From positions 1-42,658 of the forward strand of contig JBBCAX010000004.1 in assembly GCA_051382335.1 (NCBI GenBank): a stretch of 42,658 nt of DNA. Reading direction: 5' to 3'. The stretch's first letter is position 1, and every line of letters starts with the position of its first letter. This document shows positions 18,401-26,507 of this stretch, piece after piece. The translations under genes were made by a program, and so were the position numbers. Below the pieces are notes generated by a model. The model made no database searches and was not told where the DNA came from. It saw nothing but the letters and a program-made list of their open reading frames with translations. The stretch comes from Deltaproteobacteria bacterium TL4. GTDB lineage: Bacteria; SAR324; NAC60-12.

Positions 18401-19126
18401 TTCTTCAAATGTAGGCTGGACTTCCACTACCTGCGTGTTTGCGACAAAGACAGGGTTCATTTTCAGGTGGAGGCTTTCAGGCGTGAGAATAATCGTTTTT
18501 TCCAAGAAATCATCAAGCCTTGCTCCTGCTGAGAGTGCCAATTTTCGGATGTGTCCCCATTCTTGTTGATGACGTGCCTGTGTTTTCTCAGCAGGAAGCA
18601 ACTCTGCCAATTTTTTAACAGCTTTCACCAACCGCCAGGCCGATCCTGACAACAGGAATGTGTCAGAGGGGTTGGAGGAATTCTCGAAAATGGCTCCTGT
18701 GAGCCTTACTCCTCGAATCTCTTGACCAGACGCATTGCGCCAGCCTACGAGATTGATTTGAAAATCAGCATCGCTCAAGCCGCTCCAACTCGACAGGCAT
18801 GGTACATAACCACAGATTTTCGACAATTTCAGCAATCCGACACTGCTTTGGTGCGTTTCATCGTCCAGGATGCGATACACATGCTCCCACGTAATCAAGA
18901 GCCGAGACCCCTGGAATTCTGCCAGTTCTTCCTCTTCCAATTGCGCCAGATAGCGCACAGTTTCCTGATCTTCCTTCTGAAACAGCGCTGGTTCTGTAAA
19001 CCACCATTCCGTTGATGTTGGCGATTGCTCCTCTGGAAAAAATTCGAGTCCTGCCTGAGTAAAAGAACGCTGTAAAGATGAAAATTTAGAAGATTTTATG
19101 AAGGAGAACATAGTCATTGTTTCCAA
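15452..19126 (-). CDS. zorD: Zorya ZorD: SNF2 helicase with C-terminal HNH nuclease
   Basis: LADDMGLGKT, DEAQ, TGTPVEN, QATDRAYRIGQ; tail CVVC...DHIIP...N...CRECN; last gene after zorABC; start may be 19117. Confidence 0.85.
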   Translation of the reverse strand: METMTMFSFIKSSKFSSLQRSFTQAGLEFFPEEQSPTSTEWWFTEPALFQKEDQETVRYLAQLEEEELAEFQGSRLLITWEHVYRILDDETHQSSVGLLKLSKICGYVPCLSSWSGLSDADFQINLVGWRNASGQEIRGVRLTGAIFENSSNPSDTFLLSGSAWRLVKAVKKLAELLPAEKTQARHQQEWGHIRKLALSAGARLDDFLEKTIILTPESLHLKMNPVFVANTQVVEVQPTFEEAPANWLQTFDQYNGVQDRYSITTPSSGIIHVVIAPAVKTVLSEIKRMPARRVSGLRAQAFVRNPYALLGEDAIQVIPPEVFEADRQAAQLEFYRFQHQVCHENEAMLGVDIRIESISSETTPSEKFFLDSPKRLRQFVDELESKLAKNMLCCFWEGYELELDNNSELQLSQLKATLECWNTVPVETQPINSPENAFQETLHTEIRQETVFDLSNYSERVEGIGKRQTIYSPFISKTSGEKDWIPTEVPVVIPWQAEGKETIYLQCSDKDIEALEQRITDAQQKGETQIVFPNLPQPLSVPEAIKLRSQIRDVLLVKQSEEAKTISEKESVKILPKERLVLQIKQNIEEREYEEKRVQMLKFDKDTPPQLPSSLQPGVQLKDHQKVGVAWLQHLWSKSPDQVRGCLLADDMGLGKTLQMLTFIAHFFEKEPQRDPVLIVAPVALLDNWENEMKRFFVPAFARVLKLYGDSLSALKLPKSQIEETLLEKGLTKFLKPNWQQNADIVLTTYETLRDHEFSLAAVTWSIMVCDEAQKVKTPGALVTQGVKKQNARFKIACTGTPVENSLTDLWCLFDFIQPCFLGELNEFGSRYTRPIESQTEEQKNKLEELRALIEPQIMRRMKTEVAKDLPPKIDNPDPAGLELSLSVKQQQMYQQVRQEYHQKIEDLKKNDKNAGNQLLGFIHRLRMICAHPIEEGANLKLDEILKHSPKLNWMLQQLKRIESKAEKVIIFTDYKELQRVIQKAIQEKFGFSPVIINGETPTSSKGRSRQILIDRFQDKANFGVLILGTSAMGFGVNIQAANHVIHFTRPWNPAKEDQATDRAYRIGQTKQVYVYTPTVVSKDIVTFESILTRLLDNKRKLAQDMLNGCDSIQSEDFMDCLVDGTLTQNETEAINEEHPAYIRQIKPPSEWVNNERQKLTQKLRYHILKRDQSRCVVCGKSSVTDKVVLEIDHIIPISKWGKTEPRNLRAVCRECNRGKGAHL

Positions 19127-20742
19127 TATCCTTTGGTAACATAAAGCTTAAACCCCCATTGCTCTAACTGTTTGCCAAACCGGGATATTACAGATTTCCT
19201 ATCAGATTCATCCTCGTGAGGGGTTCCGTTTAATTTGTGATAGTATCTCACCCAAAGAGCACCTCCTTTAGGTCTTAAGTCTTCAACTTCATAAGGAAAT
19301 ACATACTGTTTTATTTCCTCAATAGAAGGGGGTTTATTGGGTGGGTTGGTAGGAAAATGAGATTGATACTGATCTGGATCAATTCCTAATTTTGCCAATT
19401 CTGATTTAAAACCATATTCCCATTGGTGGCCACTATGATTTCCCCAAAAGACACTTTCATTTTTATGCTTTAGTGTATAAATGGTGAATCGTTCCGATGG
19501 AACATGAGAATGCAGATGTCCATCGATTGGATAGCCGTAACAGGCATTGCCAGTTTCACTGAATTCAACAAAATAATATTCACCTATCCTCATGATAAAG
19601 GCATTGGTTGACGATGGGGCATCCTTCAAGTAACTCAACCGATTGTTTTTTTTTCGTTTGTTACGAAATTCAACATAGTCTGGATCACTGGAATACCTGG
19701 CGTCATTTCCCAAAACGATTTGGGTATAGGTAATTTGCTTAAGATACTGTTTCCAGAACTCATAACGTCTGGAATCTCCTACTCTATCCGATTGCAGAAT
19801 GTTAAAAAACTCTTCTAGGTCTTCCAGTGCCAGCCATTGACTGACCATGTTCTTCACATTATGTTCAACCAATCCCCATTTTGCCTGGCGGATAAGCTGA
19901 GGGCTTCCCCAACATTCAATGGCAAAATCCCTCAATCCTTCATGTCTCATGAGATCAGAACATTGGTGATAACGGATAAGAATCAATTTCAAACCTTTAT
20001 CATGATAGAGGGGATGCGTTTTCAACTGTTCCAGCATTTGATTCAGATAGTTTTTGAACCCACTATCGGGCAATTCAGTAACTTGTTTGATTTGCGAAAG
20101 AATGATTTCTCCCCAGAACCAGCTTCCTTCGTGAATTAACTCCCGTAATGAGTCCAACTGAGTCGTATTTCCATCTAACAATGCTTTTGCGTAAGATGGG
20201 CAAGGATTGTCAAAAAACAATTGAGGATGTTGAGAAAGTAATTCCATCCAAGGCAATGTTTTTTTGGGGAGGTTTTTAATAATCTTGAAAGTAAGTGCTA
20301 GAAATTTCTGCAAGGTCTGCCAGTTAGTATAAGCAGAAGCATTTTCAGCATCTGGTTTGCGTTGAAAATAGTTATGTAAGAGGCCACGCCACCAACCTGT
20401 GCTGATGAGTTGGTTTTGTTTCAACAGTTCGTTAATATCCTTAAAAAACTGAAGTAAACAGGAATCATCCAGGAACTGGGAGTTATCCTTAAGCTTTGTG
20501 GTTAAATTCCAGCATAAAACCCGTAATTGTCGTGTAGATTTCAAACCTTGAGATTGGTAAGTACGGATGGCTATCGCCAGTTGATCTTGTGAAATCTTGG
20601 GGACGGAGACTTGATTGAATTTTCGTTTCAAGTCTTCCCCTGTTTTTTGTAGTTTAAGAGGCGGAGCTATATTTATTTTATTTCTAAAGCTGGAGTTCTG
20701 TTGATCGAGTTCATTTTTCAGCATTTCAATGGGTGAAGTCAT
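19114..20742 (-). CDS. zorC: Zorya ZorC (EH-signature domain)
   Basis: RYEFWKQY and FVEFSETGNACYGY motifs; position between zorB and zorD; start 20742 or 20775. Confidence 0.85.
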   Translation of the reverse strand: MTSPIEMLKNELDQQNSSFRNKINIAPPLKLQKTGEDLKRKFNQVSVPKISQDQLAIAIRTYQSQGLKSTRQLRVLCWNLTTKLKDNSQFLDDSCLLQFFKDINELLKQNQLISTGWWRGLLHNYFQRKPDAENASAYTNWQTLQKFLALTFKIIKNLPKKTLPWMELLSQHPQLFFDNPCPSYAKALLDGNTTQLDSLRELIHEGSWFWGEIILSQIKQVTELPDSGFKNYLNQMLEQLKTHPLYHDKGLKLILIRYHQCSDLMRHEGLRDFAIECWGSPQLIRQAKWGLVEHNVKNMVSQWLALEDLEEFFNILQSDRVGDSRRYEFWKQYLKQITYTQIVLGNDARYSSDPDYVEFRNKRKKNNRLSYLKDAPSSTNAFIMRIGEYYFVEFSETGNACYGYPIDGHLHSHVPSERFTIYTLKHKNESVFWGNHSGHQWEYGFKSELAKLGIDPDQYQSHFPTNPPNKPPSIEEIKQYVFPYEVEDLRPKGGALWVRYYHKLNGTPHEDESDRKSVISRFGKQLEQWGFKLYVTKGYWKQ

Positions 20743-21493
20743 GAGCTTGTTGAAGTTGGCAGTTTCCGAGTTCATTGTTCAAAGAAGGAATATCCTGGCG
20801 AGTTTCGTCCAATCCATAGAACTCCAATCTTAATTCAACACGTCTGCTTTCTGCGGGTTTTGCCTTGGCCGAATTGAAAGAGAATCCTCCCACCAGAAAT
20901 AATTTTTGAATTTCTTCTTTTTGGAAATCATTCAATGGAATTTCCTGAGGCATTGGCGGACGAAAAAGGGAGCAAAGCACTTGCTGGGCACGTTGCAGAC
21001 TGAGATTCAAATTGAGCAAGTAAGCCCCACGCCTATCAGTAAATCCCTCCACTACAATTCGTTTCAACCATTTTTGACCTGTATCGGTATTGGCGATTTT
21101 CAGGATTTCCGGTACAAAACTACGTAACGCTATTTCAGCGTTTTGAGACAGATTGTATTTTCCAAAATCAAACAAAGCCTGGGTTCCAAAATCAATACGG
21201 TTATTCACGCAATCGACTGTAATAGTTCCAAAATTAGGAGAGGTTTTGGCCACCTGATTGATCTCCTCACACAAGTTATTGATTTCCTGTATCCGCCCTT
21301 CAAATCTGGCTATGCGCTCTTTTTCAACCTGATTTTTTTCATCAATTTTCTGGTTAACCACAATCAATGACACACTCATCACAACTAGAAAAAGCATCAT
21401 GAGAGCCGTCATTAAATCCGCATACGAAATCCAGAATGGTTTTTCCCCTTCGTCTTTGCTTTTTTTCCTATTTACATTCCGGCTGCCAAACAT
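20726..21493 (-). CDS. zorB: Zorya ZorB (MotB-like TM + OmpA-like domain)
   Basis: EKPFWISYADLMTALMMLFL with the conserved Asp; VEGFTD, LSLQRA, SRRVELRL. Confidence 0.9.
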   Translation of the reverse strand: MFGSRNVNRKKSKDEGEKPFWISYADLMTALMMLFLVVMSVSLIVVNQKIDEKNQVEKERIARFEGRIQEINNLCEEINQVAKTSPNFGTITVDCVNNRIDFGTQALFDFGKYNLSQNAEIALRSFVPEILKIANTDTGQKWLKRIVVEGFTDRRGAYLLNLNLSLQRAQQVLCSLFRPPMPQEIPLNDFQKEEIQKLFLVGGFSFNSAKAKPAESRRVELRLEFYGLDETRQDIPSLNNELGNCQLQQAHDFTH

Positions 21494-21497
21494 GATA

Positions 21498-21640
21498 TAG
21501 ACTTTCATTTAAATAAATTCATATTTTTTTATATCTTTCGCATGCTGAGCGGAGTCGAAGCACTGTCATTCCAGGGATTGTCACAACCCCTTCAACTTCA
21601 CTCAGGGTGCGGCTTTTGAAACTATTTAAATGAACGTCTA
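21498..21640. mobile_element. MITE family B between zorA and zorB
   Basis: 18-bp TIR TAGAC(T/G)TTCATTTAAATA with 1 mismatch, TA at both ends; core GCTGAGCGGAGTCGAAG / CTTCAACTTCACTCAG. Confidence 0.85.
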
Positions 21641-21646
21641 GAGTTC

Positions 21647-23758
21647 CTAATGTTTGAGTTTGTTGCCAATACCTGAAATATCATCAGCAACACCACTCAG
21701 TTCATCAATAGCCGTACTCAACATTTGGACAGCGTTGCTGAGGGAACTATCAAATTCTGCTTTTGATTTGCTCAAACTTTTCTCAACGGAGTCACCAAAG
21801 CTGTTAAAACTTGTAGTTAATACTTTTGAAATCTGGTTGAGATAGTCGTTGGTTTGTTGCTGAACTTCAGAAAGTTTGCTGGAAACCTTTTGCATATCGC
21901 TGACGATTTGATGATTCATCCCAGCCTCATTTTTAGCATTTTCAATCAACTCTTTCAGAACAGCCACCATTTGAGTGATCGTGCTTCGAGCCTGGGTGTA
22001 GTCCTGCAAGATATTTTGGAGGGTTCTAGCGGATTGCTCCATTGTCATTCCAGTCGCGTTTAGTTTTCCGTAAACTTCATTAGCGGTAGTCATTACCCCC
22101 TGAACACTTTCACCGGCCTGCTGGAACTCACTGGCTGCAATAAAGAGATTTTCCGCTCCCTGATTCATTCTCGAAACAGCATCTACAGTAACTTGAGTAA
22201 TGGATTGAGTATTTTCCTTGATGGCCACGATTATTTCTGAATTTTGCTGGATCAAACCTTTCAGTCCATCTTGCAGACTACTCACCACTTGCTGGTTGGT
22301 TTCATGGGTTTGAGCCTGGTGCTCTTTTTCGTCATCCAACACAGATTTTCTCTGTTGGGTAAAATCACTCATGATTCCGCCCATTTGTTCAGATAAATGG
22401 GTAATGGACATACTCAATTGTTCTGTCATGGCAGACTGTGATTGATTTGCTGTACTGCGTATTTGGGTAACCCATTCCTGCATTTGGCTTCCCATTTGCT
22501 TCTGCTGGTTTTCAATGTTTTCCATCATTTCTCTGAATCGGGTTCCGATTGCGGATGTATTCCCATCACTGACTTTACCCATTGCTTCAACCAGTTGCAT
22601 CATTTGTTGATTCATCTGATTTTGACGAACTTCCGACTGGCTCATGACCTGAAGTAATTGGTTGCCCATGGTATTAGTGTTGTCGGAACCTGCACTTTTC
22701 AAGTCTGTAATGAGGTGTTGAAATCCCTGCTGCATATTCTGCATCGCATGAACGGACTCGGTCATCATGGTATTCAGTCCCTTCATTGATCCGCCAAAAG
22801 TATCTTCAAGTTTGGCAGTAAATGCTGCTAAAATATTTTCCAACACCCCATGAACTGCGTGGCTCTGGTCTTGTCTGACGCCATCCACCGCACTTGCAAT
22901 TTGTCCCAAAGGTAACATGCTGGTATGAATTGATTCCTGAATTTGATTGGCAATTTTATGAGAACTTTCTTGATAATAGATCTGACTGGCCTGAATCTGA
23001 CGTTCCGTCAAATTGGTGAGCAATTGTTTCAGCTCACCAACCAGACTATCCTTGAGTTGGGTGGTTTGGGTGGCGTTTTGTTCAGAGGAATAGACTAACT
23101 GGGATAAATACTCTTCACCTACTCCAGAGTCGTACAAGGCATCAATGGCTTGCACCAGATCGCCTACAGCTCTGTAACAACCAGCCAATAATATTTTTTC
23201 AAAAAGAGTGATCAGCATCGCCACAAAAATGGCAATTCCTGATGCAACAAAAGCTACTCGTACACCATTGAGTAATGCCTGAAGACTTGCTCTTACTGCC
23301 TCTGGTTCGCCTCCCGGTTGAAAACCATTAAGTCCCTCAATCAATCCCCAAAAAGTACCGATGATCCCGATCCCCGTCAAAATTCCAGGTAAGTGTCTAA
23401 AGAATTCGGTGTGAAGTGGAATATCAACTAATACTTGAGTATTGAAAAAATTCTCGGCACTAACGGTTGAGCGAATGCGTCCATCTTTTTGAGTGTGCAG
23501 GGTTTCCTTATACTCTGACCAAAGATGTTTTAAGGTGCGATTTTTTCCTATATCCTCATTCAATACTCCATGATCAAGCTCTGCCCGCTTTTTCTTATCT
23601 CTAATCAATTGGATAACAGGCCGAAAACGAAAAAACCAAAACCAGAAAGCAGGGAAGACATAAAAGGCAACAAAGCATACGAAAGCAAACCCCACGAGGC
23701 TCATTACCGTAGCTGGTACAAGGTTTTGCCAAGCATCTAACAATAACGACTTAATCAT
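21647..23758 (-). CDS. zorA: Zorya ZorA (MotA-like TMs + long helical tail)
   Basis: HLPGILTGIGIIGTFWGLIEGL, three hydrophobic segments, long Q/M/S-rich helical tail. Confidence 0.9.
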   Translation of the reverse strand: MIKSLLLDAWQNLVPATVMSLVGFAFVCFVAFYVFPAFWFWFFRFRPVIQLIRDKKKRAELDHGVLNEDIGKNRTLKHLWSEYKETLHTQKDGRIRSTVSAENFFNTQVLVDIPLHTEFFRHLPGILTGIGIIGTFWGLIEGLNGFQPGGEPEAVRASLQALLNGVRVAFVASGIAIFVAMLITLFEKILLAGCYRAVGDLVQAIDALYDSGVGEEYLSQLVYSSEQNATQTTQLKDSLVGELKQLLTNLTERQIQASQIYYQESSHKIANQIQESIHTSMLPLGQIASAVDGVRQDQSHAVHGVLENILAAFTAKLEDTFGGSMKGLNTMMTESVHAMQNMQQGFQHLITDLKSAGSDNTNTMGNQLLQVMSQSEVRQNQMNQQMMQLVEAMGKVSDGNTSAIGTRFREMMENIENQQKQMGSQMQEWVTQIRSTANQSQSAMTEQLSMSITHLSEQMGGIMSDFTQQRKSVLDDEKEHQAQTHETNQQVVSSLQDGLKGLIQQNSEIIVAIKENTQSITQVTVDAVSRMNQGAENLFIAASEFQQAGESVQGVMTTANEVYGKLNATGMTMEQSARTLQNILQDYTQARSTITQMVAVLKELIENAKNEAGMNHQIVSDMQKVSSKLSEVQQQTNDYLNQISKVLTTSFNSFGDSVEKSLSKSKAEFDSSLSNAVQMLSTAIDELSGVADDISGIGNKLKH

Positions 23759-23981
23759 TAAGTTTCTTCATGGATGAGTGAATCATGCTACGTCCCCCCT
23801 ATTCAGGACCACCCCAATCCCACCTATCCAGAACCACCTGATTTTTGAATATGATTCTGGCAAAGGATAGTGATAAAAATGAATAATTTATGACAGATTT
23901 GTCGATTTTTGATATGAAAAATTACCTCTAAACCTTATACTTAGAAGGGTTAACAAAAATCCTGTGAAACCTTTCACCTAA

Positions 23982-24267
23982 ATATGCAATTACACCCAAA
24001 GGTCAGGGTCGAATTTAAAAATTAAGAGCGTGAGGTCAAAAAGGCGGGACGAGCCCGCCTATTTCTTAACGTTTCATGTTAACCATTTCTTGAACCATTT
24101 CATCAGAAGCGGTTACCGTTTTAGCATTCGCCTGGAAGGCCCGTTGCGTTTCAATCATCTTCACAAACTCTCTCGCCAAATCGACGTTAGACTGTTCCAA
24201 AGTCTGTCCACGAATGGTTCCCAGACTGCCTTTTCCTGGTTCACCCAAAACTTCTCTGCCGGCATTA
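23982..24267 (+). repeat. Junction direct repeat copy 3 (attR-like)
   Basis: ATATGCAATTACACCCAAAGGTCAGGGTCG... continuing into intact flgE. Confidence 0.95.
24038..24067 (-). terminator. flgE terminator
   Basis: AGGCGGG/CCCGCCT stem followed by a T run on the minus strand, just after the flgE stop. Confidence 0.8.
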
Positions 24268-25556
24268 GGTGTTTTCTGGAACAAGTTATCTCCACTTTTA
24301 ATCAAGTTCGATGGATTATCAAACTTGGCAAGCACCATTTTGCCTAAAGGACGAATATAGCCAGAGTCAAAGCGTCCCTCAATCAAACCATCCGTTTGTA
24401 AGGTGATATCCTCCAAGGTTCCCGCAGGATGTCCATCGGCCTCAATGGCATTTACTTTTGAAGCGGAAGAGAACTGAGTCAGTCCATCCAATCCGGTTCG
24501 ATCATCCCCAGGATCATTAGGATTAGACCCCAAGCCTAAAGACACGCCAAGGACTTGAGGTGAATTTTCTCCAAAATCAACGGTGATTTGTGGCTTTCCG
24601 GTTTCCGGGTTAACAGGCGCCGGCTGCAAAATGGGGGGGCCCGCAGCAATCGGTTTTTTGGTTACGGGGTCGAGACCACCCGGTTGCGCTACAAACTGTC
24701 CTCCTGTGGCTTGAATAAGACGTCCGTCATCATGAAACTGCAGGAATCCACCTCCGACCGCGACGGCTGTTCCGGGGCGCTGTCCAATTTCTGAGCCTTC
24801 AAACATAACATACCACTCCCATTGATTTTCAATCGCGGGTTGAGCGGGTTGTCCAGGTTGTCCAGGAGCGGCTCCTGGTTGTGCGGGAATATCAGGTCGT
24901 TTCCGAAAAGCCACGGTTGCCAAATGTTCTGATCCACTTCGATCATAAACACTGATGTTCGTGGAAAAATTGTACATATTGGTTTGGACATTGGTTGGAT
25001 CAAAAGGCAGCTCTATTATTTTTGCGTTATTATCCAGGTTTCCTGACATGTTCACGCCGCTGCCGTTGGCTCCATCGCCTGTTGCCTGGGGAGCATCAAT
25101 TCTACCTAATATCTTAATATCATGAGGTAAACCGATGGAATCTTTAGTAATAGGATCCACATCCTTGACCTGGACTAATAGCCCGCGATCCGTTGCCAAT
25201 TTTCCTTCTTCATTGTAGGTAAATTGCCCTGCACGAGAATAAAACGTTTTATTGAAGCCATCTTTCATCACAAAAAAGCCCTCGCCATTGATGGCCATAT
25301 CCGTTTGAACTTCGGTTTGTTCAAAGGCACCTTGCGTAAAATCGGACCGGATACTGGAGACCCCCACCCCTTGACTGAGTTTGGTTTTTCCAGTTCCTTG
25401 ATTAAAATCTGAAGAAAGCACATCCTCAAAAGAGGCTCTGCTTGTTTTATAGCCATACGTGTTCACATTGGCGATATTACTACCAACCACTGTCATTGCT
25501 TTTCCATAGGCCCGTACCCCACTAGCACCCGCGGTTAAAGATCCTAACAAACTCAT
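24066..25556 (-). CDS. flgE: Flagellar hook protein
   Basis: NIANVNTYGYK, DMAINGEGFF, YSRAGQF, LEQSNVDLAREF. Confidence 0.95.
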   Translation of the reverse strand: MSLLGSLTAGASGVRAYGKAMTVVGSNIANVNTYGYKTSRASFEDVLSSDFNQGTGKTKLSQGVGVSSIRSDFTQGAFEQTEVQTDMAINGEGFFVMKDGFNKTFYSRAGQFTYNEEGKLATDRGLLVQVKDVDPITKDSIGLPHDIKILGRIDAPQATGDGANGSGVNMSGNLDNNAKIIELPFDPTNVQTNMYNFSTNISVYDRSGSEHLATVAFRKRPDIPAQPGAAPGQPGQPAQPAIENQWEWYVMFEGSEIGQRPGTAVAVGGGFLQFHDDGRLIQATGGQFVAQPGGLDPVTKKPIAAGPPILQPAPVNPETGKPQITVDFGENSPQVLGVSLGLGSNPNDPGDDRTGLDGLTQFSSASKVNAIEADGHPAGTLEDITLQTDGLIEGRFDSGYIRPLGKMVLAKFDNPSNLIKSGDNLFQKTPNAGREVLGEPGKGSLGTIRGQTLEQSNVDLAREFVKMIETQRAFQANAKTVTASDEMVQEMVNMKR

Positions 25557-25686
25557 AATTCCCTTCCCCTATACAAGATAGGTAATAACTCGACCAAAGT
25601 TGCATCCATGCTTTACACAATTGACGATAAGATGCTCAAGGGTGATGGCGAAGCCTCACTGCTTTCATCCATCAAGAGCAAACAGT

Positions 25687-26475
25687 CTATTTCTTATTTT
25701 GACTTTCCTCGGCATTGGGGAACGTCAGCGTTTTCCTGGTACTCAATTCTCGAAGAATCGGAAGCGGCAGTGCCTGATCAAACTGACGTTCAGACTGGTT
25801 ACCCATGCCTTTTATTTTTTCTGCTGGCAGCCATTCGCCATTGACTTTAACGAGCGGTCTTCCATTTTCAAAGTTGAGCATGGAGACTCGCCCCTTCTTG
25901 GCTTGCGTGACCTCAATTTTTTCTCCAGCTTGTGTTTTGGCAATAACATTAAATTGATATTTCCCATTGGACAGGACATCACCGTCCTCATCTAACCCAT
26001 CCCAGTTATAGTGATGACTTCCAGGTCCTTGATTTTCTACAGAAACGGTGCGGACTGTTTCACCCGCTTCATTAGTAATGAAAATCGAGACTTTTTCTGC
26101 GTCTCCGCCTAAACTGTAAGAGAGAGGAGAAGCCACACCACCCGACAAGTTGATGGACTGGCTATTCAACTCCACATCTTTCTCCAGTAAGGCACTTGCG
26201 CTGGATCGGGAAATATCACCTTGGACGGTCAGGAGTTGATCAATTTTTGTATTCAAGTTCTGCAATTGCTCTACGGTTCCCATTGCGGCCATTTGCTGCA
26301 TCATGGCTTTGGAATCCATCGGATCCATGGGATCCTGATTGGCCATTTGAGTCATCAGCAAATTGAGGAAGTCCTGCTTTCCCAGTTCTTTACTCCCTTC
26401 CTTACCATGACGAGTTGCCGCGTTTCTCTGGGAATCTCTCGCTTGATTTACGGCCTGCTCAACATTTGTTCTCAT
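25687..26475 (-). CDS. flgD: Flagellar hook capping protein
   Basis: DFLNLLMTQMANQDPMDP, WDGLD. Confidence 0.95.
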   Translation of the reverse strand: MRTNVEQAVNQARDSQRNAATRHGKEGSKELGKQDFLNLLMTQMANQDPMDPMDSKAMMQQMAAMGTVEQLQNLNTKIDQLLTVQGDISRSSASALLEKDVELNSQSINLSGGVASPLSYSLGGDAEKVSIFITNEAGETVRTVSVENQGPGSHHYNWDGLDEDGDVLSNGKYQFNVIAKTQAGEKIEVTQAKKGRVSMLNFENGRPLVKVNGEWLPAEKIKGMGNQSERQFDQALPLPILRELSTRKTLTFPNAEESQNKK

Positions 26476-26507
26476 ACAACTCTCACTGTTTAAGATGATT
26501 TGAGGCT

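Noticed and set aside
20726..23758. Flagellar motA/motB call
   Set aside because: The long helical tail on the MotA-like protein and the linked EH-signature and SNF2 genes identify Zorya
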